Source: Candidatus Pacearchaeota archaeon
GTDB lineage: Archaea > Nanobdellota > Nanobdellia > Pacearchaeales > GW2011-AR1
NCBI GenBank assembly: GCA_041659945.1
Contig: JBAZXH010000001.1
Location: forward strand, 28,363 to 52,362
DNA: 24,000 nt
Reading direction: 5' to 3'
In this document: positions 8,440 to 16,944 of the stretch, one piece after another
Layout: each line of letters begins with the position of its first letter
Numbering within the stretch: position 1 is the stretch's first letter
The notes under the pieces: model-generated
Databases searched by the model: none
What the model was told of the DNA's origin: nothing
What the model saw: the letters and a program-made list of their open reading frames with translations, nothing else
Position numbers and translations under genes: made by a program

Positions 8440-8901
8440 ATGGTAAGATATGACATAATTACTGCCATACGAAATGCTGTTGAAAGAGGTGAATCAATTG
8501 AAAAAGCAAGACAGGTGCTTATTAATTCTGGATATAATGTAAATGATGTAAACGAGGCAGTTAACTACTTAACTGGTGGAGCAAGTAATGAACTTCAAAA
8601 TGCCACCTATCAAAATCAGCCTACACAGCCTCAACAAACCCAACAACCCCAGATAGCTAATCAACCAAAGGTTGTTTCGCAATCAATTCCAACACAGAAT
8701 CAAAATGTTCCTCAAAAACTGCCCGTTCAAATGAATCATTTGGTTGTAACTTCTGGAGATGAGGCTCCCAACAAAAAGAAAAATACTGTGGCAATAATAA
8801 TTCTTGCTGTGTTACTTGTTTTGCTTTTTGCAACATTAATGCTTACTTTAATATTCCAAGAACAGGTAATCAGTTTCTTTCAAAAATTAATGGGAAGTTA
8901 A
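8440..8901 (+). CDS. Tail-anchored membrane protein: small helical N-domain, Q/P-rich linker, C-terminal TM
   Basis: The ATG lies 1 nt after the rnj stop. Q/P-rich YQNQPTQPQQTQQPQIANQP and a C-terminal TM, VAIIILAVLLVLLFATLMLTLIF. Confidence 0.6.
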   Translation: MVRYDIITAIRNAVERGESIEKARQVLINSGYNVNDVNEAVNYLTGGASNELQNATYQNQPTQPQQTQQPQIANQPKVVSQSIPTQNQNVPQKLPVQMNHLVVTSGDEAPNKKKNTVAIIILAVLLVLLFATLMLTLIFQEQVISFFQKLMGS

Positions 8902-8919
8902 TTTAAAATTAGCCGGAAA

Positions 8920-9519
8920 ATGACAATTGTTTATGAAGCTTCTGATGATTCATATTTTTTAGCAGAAATTGTGGATAAGTATTTAGTTAATTTGAAAAAA
9001 GAAAAAATAAAAGATATTAAGGTTCTTGACCTTGGAACTGGTTCTGGAATTCAATCAAAAAACTGCATAAAATTAGGAGTAAAAAAACAAAATATTCTTG
9101 CGATTGATATAAACTCTAGTGCTTTGGATAGAGTAAAAGAGCTTAAAGTTAAAACATTAAAATCTGATTTGTTTGAAGCATTTAAAAGGAAAGGTAGTGT
9201 TAGGAGAAACTTGGTTCTCCCACAAAAGTACAATTTAATTATATTTAACCCGCCTTATTTGCCTGAAGATAAGTATGACAAGCTAAAAGATACAACTGGT
9301 GGAAAAAAGGGTGATGAAACTATTGTTAGGTTTATTGGAAAATTAAATAAACACCTATCTGAAATGGGAGTTTGTTTTTTGCTTACTTCTTCTTTTACTC
9401 CTGAAAAGGCTTGGAAAGCTGAAGCTAAAAAACAAAAGCTAGAAGTTAAGAGGTTAGCTAGGAGGAAACTATTCTTTGAGGAATTGTATGTTTGGGAGAT
9501 AAAACTGAGTAATTCTTAA
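8920..9519 (+). CDS. HemK/Mtq2-like N5-glutamine (release factor) methyltransferase family protein
   Basis: VYEASDDSYFLAE N-terminus, SAM motif I VLDLGTGSG, and the catalytic NPPY in IIFNPPYLP. The roughly 200-aa length is typical of archaeal Mtq2. Confidence 0.7.
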   Translation: MTIVYEASDDSYFLAEIVDKYLVNLKKEKIKDIKVLDLGTGSGIQSKNCIKLGVKKQNILAIDINSSALDRVKELKVKTLKSDLFEAFKRKGSVRRNLVLPQKYNLIIFNPPYLPEDKYDKLKDTTGGKKGDETIVRFIGKLNKHLSEMGVCFLLTSSFTPEKAWKAEAKKQKLEVKRLARRKLFFEELYVWEIKLSNS

Positions 9520-9593
9520 GTACAATCATATTTATAAAAAGCAGTTTTATAGAGGTATATTATGGAAAAATATAATAAAGAGGTGCCAGAGGC

Positions 9594-10751
9594 GTGAAGT
9601 TTGCACATTTGGGAGATTGTCATTTGGGAGGGTGGAGATTTCCGGAAATTCAGGAATTGAATATGCAGAGTTTTTCTCAAGCTCTTGATGTTTGTATAAA
9701 AGAAAAGGTAGATATGGTTTTAATTGCCGGAGACTTGTTTGACTCAGCATATCCTCCAATAGAAATATTAAAAAGGACATTTGCAGAGTTTAGAAAGTTG
9801 AAAGATGCTGAAATACCCTGCTTTTTGATTGCTGGATCTCATGATTTTTCAGCTTCTGGAAAAACATTTTTAGATGTTTTGGAACATGCAGGGTTTTGTA
9901 GTAATATTGTGCAGGTGGAAGAAAGGAATGATAAATTAATTCTAAAACCAACAATATTTCAAAATTATGCAATCTATGGTTATCCTGGAAAAAAGGCAGG
10001 TCTTGAAATACCTGACTTGAGAAGAATTATTTTTGATGATGCTCCGGGGTTTTTTAAAATCTTTATGTTACATACTGCGTTAAAAGAAGCTATTGGAAAT
10101 TTGCCAATAGATGCAGTTTCTATGAAAGAGCTGCCTCAAGCAGATTACTATGCAATGGGACATTTACACATAGATTTTTGTAATAACAAATTTGTGTATT
10201 CTAGTCCAATATTTCCAAATAATTTTGAAGAGTTGGAAGAATTAAAGTATGGGGCGTTTTACATAGTTGAGTTTGATAAAATTTTAAGGTGTAGAAAAAT
10301 CCCAATAAGGCTCAGGGAAGTACTTGTTATTAATCTTGAACTTGATAATTCAATAACTGCAACTGAAAAAATAATAAAAGAACTTGATAAGGAAGTTTTG
10401 GAAGATAAGATAATTTTACTAAAACTAAAAGGCCAATTTACAAATGGAAAGATTTCTGATATAAGATTTAATGAAATAGAACAATTTGTTAAAAACAAAA
10501 AGGCTTATTCATTTATTAAGAATATTTCCAAGCTTTCTGTGGAAGAATCTCAAATAAAAATTGAAGCCAAAGATATGCATGAAGTAGAGGATGATATAAT
10601 GCACCAGTATTTTGAAGAAAATCCTTCAAAATTTGGAGACAAGGTACCTCTTCTTTTAAAGACATTGAGTATTGAAAAACAGGAGGATGAAAAAAACCAG
10701 ATATTCAATGATCGTCTTTTGGATGAACTATCAAAAATATTAAATTTTTAG
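9594..10751 (+). CDS. mre11: DNA double-strand break repair nuclease Mre11
   Basis: Phosphoesterase motifs GDCHLG, AGDLFD, AGSHD, MLHT and MGHLH, and an N-terminus MKFAHLGDCHLG. GTG start with GAGGTG 8 nt upstream. The in-frame stop at 9576 excludes a longer N-terminus. Confidence 0.88.
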   Translation: MKFAHLGDCHLGGWRFPEIQELNMQSFSQALDVCIKEKVDMVLIAGDLFDSAYPPIEILKRTFAEFRKLKDAEIPCFLIAGSHDFSASGKTFLDVLEHAGFCSNIVQVEERNDKLILKPTIFQNYAIYGYPGKKAGLEIPDLRRIIFDDAPGFFKIFMLHTALKEAIGNLPIDAVSMKELPQADYYAMGHLHIDFCNNKFVYSSPIFPNNFEELEELKYGAFYIVEFDKILRCRKIPIRLREVLVINLELDNSITATEKIIKELDKEVLEDKIILLKLKGQFTNGKISDIRFNEIEQFVKNKKAYSFIKNISKLSVEESQIKIEAKDMHEVEDDIMHQYFEENPSKFGDKVPLLLKTLSIEKQEDEKNQIFNDRLLDELSKILNF

Positions 10752-10773
10752 ACCATATTAACAAATTTAGAAA

Positions 10774-12822
10774 ATGATAATAAAAAGAATAAAAATCTCA
10801 AACATAAGAAGTTATGAAAATGCTGAGTTGGTTTTGCCTTCAGGCTCTACTCTTTTATCGGGAGATATTGGTTCGGGAAAAACATCTATCCTACTGGCCA
10901 TAGAATTTGCATTATTTGGTTTGCAACCCGGCCAAAAGGGAGCTTCTCTTCTTAAAAATGGCAAGGATGAGGGAAGTGTTGAGATTGAGATTGAGATTGA
11001 TAATCAAGATTTTATTATTACTCGTACATTAAAAAGGAAAAAGAGTATTGGGCAGGAGTCTTCATTTATAACAATTAATGGCAAAACTGAAGAAAAGTCT
11101 GTTAATGAACTTAAAAATTATGTTTTAAATTTGCTAAACTACCCGCCAGAATTTGCTAAAAAAACAAATCTTTTGTATAGATTTACTGTTTATGCACCTC
11201 AGGAAGAAATGAAACAGATTATTTTAGAAAATCCTGAGGTAAGACTTAATACTCTGAGGCATATTTTTGGCATAGACAAGTATAAAAGAATTAAGGAAAA
11301 TTCAACCATACTAATTTCTAGACTCAAAGAAATTTCAAAATTAAAACAGGGAGAAATCTCCGAGTTAGAGACAAAAAAAGACCTGATGAAGAATAGAATG
11401 GAAGAACTTGTTTTAACAACTAATAAAATACCGGAGATTGAAAAGAAATTAAAAGAGATTCTTGATTTGAGAGGGATAAAAGAAAAAGAGATAAAAGAAA
11501 TTGATGAGAAAATTGATGAGAAAAAGAAACTTGAAAATGAAGTGGATAAAGCGAGTATAATGTTGTTTACAAAAAAAGAGCAGTTGGTAAAAACTGAAAA
11601 GGAAATAGCTAATTTAAAGATGAGAGTTGAAGAAACAAAGAAAAGCTTTTCTCAGGAGGAGTTTGATGAACTTAATGAGTTGATTAAATCAAAGAGGCAG
11701 GAACAGGAAGGAATTAATAAGGAAGTAATACAGTTTTCTACAAAGATTACTTCTTTAGTATCAAAAAAATCTGACCTTGAATCTCTAAAGAATAAAATTT
11801 CAGGGTTAAAATGTTGCCCGACTTGCCTGCAGGATGTTGGAGATATGCATAAGAACAACATTCTTTCTCAAACAGAGGGGGAAATCGGTCTGATTAATAC
11901 TGAAAAAATAAATCTAGATAATGAACGTCAGCAAAAAGAAATTACCCTAAAACAACTTAATTCTGAACTTTTGGAGTTGGACAGAAAAAAGGGTTTGATG
12001 GATGTACTTAAAATAAGAATGTTGACCATTGAGGATGACCGTAAAAGGGTTGATGATTTGGAAAAACAAAAAAGTGCTCTGGACATTGATATGAAAATGC
12101 TTTCTGAACAAATAAATAGGTTAAAAGAAAGTGTTAGCGAAATGAAAAAGTTTGATATGGTGATGAAATCAAAGGAAAGTGAACTTGCTGAGATTATTAG
12201 AAAAGAAAGGGAAATTGAAATAAATAAGGCTGAAGTTGTTAAGGAGATTGAATTTGGTAAACGAGAAATTTCTAACCTTGAATTGGAGATTGAAAGAAAA
12301 GAAAAATCAAAACAGGAATTAATGTATCTCATGGAAATTGAAAGCTGGGTTTCAAACCAATTTTTAGAAATGATTAGTTTTATTGAAAGAAATGTTATGC
12401 TAAAGCTTAGAGATGAATTTTCTAAACTATTTAGCACCTGGTTTTCAATACTTGTGCCGGATAATTTTGAAGTAAGATTGGATGAAGAGTTTACACCAAT
12501 AATTGAGCAGCAGGACTTTCAATTGGACTATGATTATCTTTCTGGTGGAGAAAGGACAGCAATTGCCCTGGCTTATAGGCTTGCTCTGAACCAGACTATA
12601 AATTCTTTGTTGAGTGAGATTAAAACTAAAGGAATTGTTATTTTAGATGAGCCAACAGATGGTTTTTCTCAGCAACAGTTGGATAAGATGCGCGATGTTT
12701 TGCAGGAGTTAAATGTAAAGCAGTTATTGATAGTTAGTCATGACCAAAAAATAGAGTCTTTTGTTGAAAATATAGTACGCTTAAAAAAGGAAAATGGCCT
12801 TACGACCATAAGTCAGGCTTAG
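10774..12822 (+). CDS. rad50: DNA double-strand break repair ATPase Rad50 (short coiled-coil form)
   Basis: Walker A GDIGSGKTS, zinc hook CPTC (aa 348-351, nt 11815-11826), signature LSGGERTA, Walker B IVILDEPTDG, and VSHD. K/E-rich coiled coils flank the hook. Confidence 0.92.
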   Translation: MIIKRIKISNIRSYENAELVLPSGSTLLSGDIGSGKTSILLAIEFALFGLQPGQKGASLLKNGKDEGSVEIEIEIDNQDFIITRTLKRKKSIGQESSFITINGKTEEKSVNELKNYVLNLLNYPPEFAKKTNLLYRFTVYAPQEEMKQIILENPEVRLNTLRHIFGIDKYKRIKENSTILISRLKEISKLKQGEISELETKKDLMKNRMEELVLTTNKIPEIEKKLKEILDLRGIKEKEIKEIDEKIDEKKKLENEVDKASIMLFTKKEQLVKTEKEIANLKMRVEETKKSFSQEEFDELNELIKSKRQEQEGINKEVIQFSTKITSLVSKKSDLESLKNKISGLKCCPTCLQDVGDMHKNNILSQTEGEIGLINTEKINLDNERQQKEITLKQLNSELLELDRKKGLMDVLKIRMLTIEDDRKRVDDLEKQKSALDIDMKMLSEQINRLKESVSEMKKFDMVMKSKESELAEIIRKEREIEINKAEVVKEIEFGKREISNLELEIERKEKSKQELMYLMEIESWVSNQFLEMISFIERNVMLKLRDEFSKLFSTWFSILVPDNFEVRLDEEFTPIIEQQDFQLDYDYLSGGERTAIALAYRLALNQTINSLLSEIKTKGIVILDEPTDGFSQQQLDKMRDVLQELNVKQLLIVSHDQKIESFVENIVRLKKENGLTTISQA

Positions 12823-12903
12823 GAAAGTTTTAAAAGGAACAAACATCTTCATAAACGATTGTCATGTTTTAACTAAATACAATAAATTATATAACTAATA
12901 AAA

Positions 12904-13212
12904 ATGGATTTTTGCCCGAAGTGTGGATCTGTGTTGGAAATGAAAATGAAGAATTATGGATGTGTTAGGTGTGGTTATACTTCTAAAAATAGAGTAAAAA
13001 TTGAATCAAAAGAAAAAATTGAAGAAGCTAAGGAAATTGGTGTGGTAAAAGAGAAAGATACTGATGTTTTTCCAGTTGTTGCAAATACTTGTCCAAAGTG
13101 CAAGAACAAGGAAGCTTATTTCTGGACATCTCAAACAAGATCAGGTGATGAAGCTGAAACTCGTTTCTTTAGATGCGTTAAGTGCAAGCATACCTGGCGA
13201 GAGTATAAGTAA
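12904..13212 (+). CDS. tfs: Transcription factor S (TFIIS/RpoM-like transcript cleavage factor)
   Basis: N-terminal ribbon CPKCGS..CVRCG. C-terminal ribbon CPKCKNKEAYFWTSQTRSGDEAETRFFRCVKCKHTW with the acidic DE hairpin retained. Confidence 0.9.
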   Translation: MDFCPKCGSVLEMKMKNYGCVRCGYTSKNRVKIESKEKIEEAKEIGVVKEKDTDVFPVVANTCPKCKNKEAYFWTSQTRSGDEAETRFFRCVKCKHTWREYK

Positions 13213-13250
13213 ATCATCAGGAATTCTTAATATATCTTTGATAACACATT

Positions 13251-13266
13251 TATTTTTAAATAATAA
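13251..13266 (+). promoter_or_regulatory. TATA-like box (TATTTTTAAATAATAA) for the 222-aa ORF
   Basis: The core lies about 18-28 nt upstream of the ATG at 13282, consistent with a leaderless mRNA. Confidence 0.3.
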
Positions 13267-13281
13267 AAATACTAAGTTTAC

Positions 13282-13950
13282 ATGATAAGCTGGGAAAATA
13301 AATTCTTAGATGAAGGAATTTGCAGACAGACTGTAACAGAAGGTTTTATTCTAACTCAGGGAAGTTTACATTTAAATTTTGATGATAATCCTTTTGGCAA
13401 TGCAGCGCCTTATTTTCCATCATTTCAACTACTACAGGTACATGAAGGCCATCCTTTTCAAATTACAGATAGTGGAAGAATTATAGTTCGCCCTATAGGA
13501 GATGAAAGACTTTTAGGTCCAATACTAAGAGATGAAAACCTGCAGGTTTATGATGCTGCCTCATTTTTTCTAGCACCTTATGATATCCGGCTTCCAAAAG
13601 ATTTCCCTGGAAAGGTACTTGCTCAATTTGATAGTTTTATAGACCAAGAAGAAAGAAGAAATACAGCATCACTTGTTTATACTGGTGAAAGAGGATTAGA
13701 AATTGATGGGCAAGATATAAGTACTGTTTCAGTAGTCATGCCTTCACAAATACCTGCACATTTTTATAGCTGGCTTTATCATGCAGGCAGAGTTACGGCT
13801 TATGATGATAAAGCACCTTTTAATGAAATGTTAAAAGAGATTGGAAGATTTGATTTAAGAGATCTTGGAAGTGTTGCACATACTGCTGCACTAGAATTAG
13901 AAGAAAGGTTTGGAACGAGAATTTTAATTAAAGGAAGTAGTATTAAATAA
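13282..13950 (+). CDS. Hypothetical 222-aa soluble protein (14 R / 7 K)
   Basis: Clean, non-repetitive ORF with its own TATA-like box. No family recognised. Confidence 0.6.
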   Translation: MISWENKFLDEGICRQTVTEGFILTQGSLHLNFDDNPFGNAAPYFPSFQLLQVHEGHPFQITDSGRIIVRPIGDERLLGPILRDENLQVYDAASFFLAPYDIRLPKDFPGKVLAQFDSFIDQEERRNTASLVYTGERGLEIDGQDISTVSVVMPSQIPAHFYSWLYHAGRVTAYDDKAPFNEMLKEIGRFDLRDLGSVAHTAALELEERFGTRILIKGSSIK

Positions 13951-13972
13951 AAAGCTTAACATATCGGTAATT

Positions 13973-14245
13973 TTAACCGCCAAGAAATAGACTTTTTATA
14001 AAGAACTTAAGTGCCCATACATTTAGTAGGATAAAGTTAACTAATATTAGTATTAGGAATATGAACAATAAAGTCCAAAGAGCTGTTTTAATTGGACTTT
14101 TCTTTTTTGGTTTGTTTCTTGAGGTGACTCTATTCATAACATCTTTTATATCATCAGCTATTCTTTCCTTATTTTCTTCTCTTTCATTAGATGCTCGTTC
14201 TCTTTGAATATCATCAAGAGTTTTGATTTTACTTTTTCCGGCCAT
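13973..14245 (-). CDS. Tail-anchored small membrane protein (90 aa)
   Basis: Charged N-terminal half, then the TM segment ALWTLLFIFLILILVNFILLNVWAL. Confidence 0.5.
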   Translation of the reverse strand: MAGKSKIKTLDDIQRERASNEREENKERIADDIKDVMNRVTSRNKPKKKSPIKTALWTLLFIFLILILVNFILLNVWALKFFIKSLFLGG

Positions 14246-14278
14246 TTTATACTTTAACTATTTGTTCGATTAATTTTA

Positions 14279-14353
14279 TGGACTCGAGGGGATTCGAACC
14301 CCCGACACCTAGATTAAGAGTCTAGTGCTCTAACCAGGCTGAGCTACGAGTCC
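14279..14353 (-). tRNA. tRNA-Lys (anticodon CUU), 75 nt, no intron, CCA not encoded
   Basis: The reverse complement folds by hand as GGACTCG-TA-GCTC-AGCCTGGTTA-GAGC-A-CTAGA-CTCTTAA-TCTAG-GTGTC-GGGGG-TTCGAAT-CCCCT-CGAGTCC-A. It has a perfect 7-bp acceptor stem, the anticodon loop CT-CTT-AA, and a canonical T loop. Confidence 0.9.
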
Positions 14354-14411
14354 AAAAGGTATAATATTAGAAAAAATACAAACTTAAAAACCTTTAGATT
14401 CAAAATAGATT

Positions 14412-16124
14412 CTAACTTAGAAAGTTATTCCAGGCTTTGTAGCTAGAATAAACTTCACTAGAATATTGTAAACCTTTTGCACTTAGCTGCCCATCATTGT
14501 ACACACTTAAAATACATTTTATCTTAGTGTCACCAGTTTTATCATTGCAAATAGCATAATTTGGATTTTCATTATTAAATGCTGATTTTAGGGTATTTGA
14601 TGCGCCGTTTAGCTGGGGTTCTAGTCCGTAATTAGCTTTATTACTAACATCATAACCCATCAGATATGCATCAAATATTTCAGTTTGCCCATTGGGATGT
14701 CCGAGTGTAGATTCTTGCTGCGCAATTGCAACTAAAACAGACTTAAACTCACTTGAGCTAAGACCTTGTGGAGGAGATTGGGCAACTTTATCAAAATAAT
14801 CTTTTATTTGAGAATATCTGTCTTGCAAAATTGGTTGGGGCAAAGTTCCAGTTTTTTCAAGTTGAACAACACTAGCTGAATCTGAAACTACTAAGGGTTT
14901 TGATGCTGAACTTTCTGAATTTTGTGTTGATTTTGAATTTGTTATATATGAATTCTGATTAACATTGCCCATTAACCAAGGAGCTTGACCTTGGTTAATT
15001 GTAGAAATTACATTCCCTTCATTATCTTTGAGAACATATTGGTATTCATTTTGATCATTTTTTAGAAGGTCAAGTTGTTTTGCGTTTGATGAAGAAATTC
15101 TAGAGTAGTCTGCAAAAGAATCTTCTAGTGCTGTGCGCGTTTGTGTACCAACAATTCCATCTTCTAAAATTCCTTTATTTGTGCGAGCATTATAATCTTT
15201 TTGAAATTTTAATACTGCTTTTTTTGTTTCTTCATCATATATTCCATTCTGAGGAACATCATATCCTAACGATTTGAGGGATGTTTGAATTTGTTGATTT
15301 GTAAAAAAGTCTTTATTTGCAGAAGGACGGTCTAGAGTTAAATCTGCTTTGTTTCCAACTGTAATCTGTCTACTGTTATCAAGATTAAGATCATAGCTTT
15401 GGCCCTCTGATGACTTTGCATAAAGTTTATCATTTTGAAAAGAAACAGAGTTTGAAGAAGTACTTTTTAAAAGGGGAGAAATTTGGAGAAGTGCAGAACC
15501 TGTGTTTAAAATATTGACTCCATTAACTTTTGCAGTACTTCCTGGAGGAAGATACATTTTTCCGTCTTTGATTAGTAGATTATCATATTCAATTTGTCCG
15601 CTGAGGCCCGGAAGTTTAAATGCTCCATTTTCTAATTCAATTGGACCGTTTTTTGAAAGTTTGGAGAAATCAAGAGTAGAATAATCTTGATTTTGGGTTT
15701 TTCCTGGAAGTTTGACTAAAATTTTATCTTGTGTTATTGTAATCTCTGTGTTTACTGGAAGGGTCTTTACATCAAAAACACTGAGTTCTTTATTTGGAGG
15801 AGTAATTTTTCCCTCTGTAGAATATGTAATGCCGGCTAAAGAATTTTCAATTTTTATCACATACTTGCCTTCAAGTATTTCTTGACTATACTTATCTATA
15901 TTTCTTGAGATTAGTTCTTGATTTAAACTGTTAAAAATTGGTTTTGCTTCAACAAGATTAATTGCTTGAGGAGCTTTGTCCAGATACTCATTGATACAAA
16001 CCGGATTTTTATAATCTGGCAGACCCGTAGGTGGGCAGACAATTGGAAAAACAATTGAAAAAGCTAGAGAAATAAATAAAAAAACTAGACAAAATAAAAA
16101 TAGTATCTTACTTGTTAAGTTCAT
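14412..16124 (-). CDS. Secreted protein with a peptidoglycan-binding (PG_binding_1-like) domain and a C-terminal lytic-transglycosylase/lysozyme-like (SLT-like) domain
   Basis: I prefer the start at the ATG at 16124 (M14 of the track ORF), which has GGAGGT 7-8 nt upstream. The signal peptide is MNLTSKILFLFCLVFLFISLAFS. A PG-binding-like segment, LKSLGYDVPQNGIYDEETKKAVLKFQKDYN..DGIVGTQTRTALE, spans nt 15123-15302. The C-terminus carries AIAQQES, YLMGY and VYNDG, spaced like the ES / GLMQ / AYNxG motifs of family-1 lytic transglycosylases. Confidence 0.65.
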   Translation of the reverse strand: MNLTSKILFLFCLVFLFISLAFSIVFPIVCPPTGLPDYKNPVCINEYLDKAPQAINLVEAKPIFNSLNQELISRNIDKYSQEILEGKYVIKIENSLAGITYSTEGKITPPNKELSVFDVKTLPVNTEITITQDKILVKLPGKTQNQDYSTLDFSKLSKNGPIELENGAFKLPGLSGQIEYDNLLIKDGKMYLPPGSTAKVNGVNILNTGSALLQISPLLKSTSSNSVSFQNDKLYAKSSEGQSYDLNLDNSRQITVGNKADLTLDRPSANKDFFTNQQIQTSLKSLGYDVPQNGIYDEETKKAVLKFQKDYNARTNKGILEDGIVGTQTRTALEDSFADYSRISSSNAKQLDLLKNDQNEYQYVLKDNEGNVISTINQGQAPWLMGNVNQNSYITNSKSTQNSESSASKPLVVSDSASVVQLEKTGTLPQPILQDRYSQIKDYFDKVAQSPPQGLSSSEFKSVLVAIAQQESTLGHPNGQTEIFDAYLMGYDVSNKANYGLEPQLNGASNTLKSAFNNENPNYAICNDKTGDTKIKCILSVYNDGQLSAKGLQYSSEVYSSYKAWNNFLS

Positions 16125-16914
16125 TAAAACAACCTCCCGTGCTGTTACACTCTGGAAAATCATAAGTTCCTATGAACTTAAACTCATAGGGACTTGAGGT
16201 GAAGTTAGAATCGTAGTCAGTTAAGGTATAAAGAAATACATTATTTGAATCTAAAACTTTTAGTTTCATATTCTTTTCTTTAATAGAGTCAGAAACACAT
16301 GAAAAACAAAGAGTATTCTTACTTTTAACTTGTTTGTTTATCAATTGATTTACTGAATTTAGTATACTGGGTAATTTTAGTGGTTCGACTCTTGTGCTAA
16401 ACACGGATATTTTTGCCGTTGAACTACCCTTTTTAATTGTAAGAGGCATATTTAGGGTTACTTCTGTGTAATTTTCATTAATTTTTGTTGTTGCCTGAAT
16501 ATCTTTAAAACTAACAGAGATACCTTGATCTGTAAATTGCTGAAAGTCATCTAAACAATCTTTGATGTTATATTCTATAGAATGACTTATTTCTGTTTGA
16601 ATAGACTCTAATGTTGGTACATAGCTGTTATCATTTTGAATAAATACTGGATATTCATAGAGAAAGATATTTATTTTATTTGAGGTTAGGTTGAAATAAC
16701 CTCCTTTTTGGCCAATGCTTGTTATTGAAGTCTCGGATGTTGTCTTTAGACAAGATTCAACAAATAGCTTAATATTTTGTGCTTCTGGTATTTTATCTAA
16801 ATTTTCTTGATCTGGAAGAACATTATAGTTTTTAATTGCAAAGAAGATTATAACTGCAGCAATTATTACTATGGCAATTATAATAAAAATAGTAACCTGG
16901 CCTCTTTTGTTCAT
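16108..16914 (-). CDS. Class III (type IV pilin-like) signal peptide protein, 268 aa
   Basis: In MNKRGQVTIFIIIAIVIIAAVIIFFAI, the RGQVTI stretch fits the archaeal prepilin-peptidase pattern [KRDE][GA][ALIFQMVED][ILMVTAS]x3 and is followed by a hydrophobic helix. Its 3' end overlaps the downstream enzyme gene by 17 nt. Confidence 0.65.
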   Translation of the reverse strand: MNKRGQVTIFIIIAIVIIAAVIIFFAIKNYNVLPDQENLDKIPEAQNIKLFVESCLKTTSETSITSIGQKGGYFNLTSNKINIFLYEYPVFIQNDNSYVPTLESIQTEISHSIEYNIKDCLDDFQQFTDQGISVSFKDIQATTKINENYTEVTLNMPLTIKKGSSTAKISVFSTRVEPLKLPSILNSVNQLINKQVKSKNTLCFSCVSDSIKEKNMKLKVLDSNNVFLYTLTDYDSNFTSSPYEFKFIGTYDFPECNSTGGCFNELNK

Positions 16915-16934
16915 TAGAACAATAAAATAAAGAG

Positions 16935-16944
16935 ATATATAAAA
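16935..16944 (-). promoter_or_regulatory. TATA-like box (minus sense TTTTATATAT) for the pilin-like gene
   Basis: Lies 21-30 nt upstream of the ATG at 16914, in the 30-nt gap after the wHTH gene. Confidence 0.3.

Noticed and set aside
9562-9597. 11-codon upstream ORF (MEKYNKEVPEA) whose TGA overlaps the mre11 GTG start (GTGA)
   Set aside because: It is too short to assess. The GAGGTG Shine-Dalgarno alone explains mre11 initiation, and the overlap may be coincidental.
9547-10498. Minus-strand ORFs 9547..9780, 9790..9972 and 10259..10498
   Set aside because: They are antisense to mre11 and its upstream region, and their translations are low-complexity.
10981-10998. Tandem GAGATT x3
   Set aside because: It lies in-frame within rad50, encoding EIEIEI. 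It is a trivial codon repeat, not a regulatory or CRISPR-like repeat.
11652-12437. Track ORFs 11652..11861 and 11928..12437 on the minus strand inside rad50
   Set aside because: They are antisense shadows of the K/E-rich coiled-coil region. Their translations are S/L/F/I low-complexity strings and lie entirely within a well-supported gene.
13145-13157. C/D-box-like GTGATGA...CTGA
   Set aside because: It lies inside the tfs CDS, encoding the conserved GDEAE hairpin. There is no terminal stem and no C'/D' boxes.
13064-13285. 73-aa plus-strand ORF overlapping the tfs C-terminus in another frame
   Set aside because: It overlaps the conserved zinc-ribbon coding region of tfs, and its remainder is AT-rich intergenic sequence.
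16125-16163. First 13 codons (MIFQSVTAREVVL) of the 583-aa track ORF
   Set aside because: The ATG at 16124 has a GGAGGT Shine-Dalgarno at proper spacing and yields a normal signal peptide. The extension would lengthen the overlap with the upstream gene.
13951-16914. tRNA-Lys as an integration site for a mobile island carrying the flanking accessory genes
   Set aside because: I could find no integrase and no second copy of the tRNA 3' segment (GGTTCGAATCCCC or its complement) elsewhere in the window. An island is therefore not supported.
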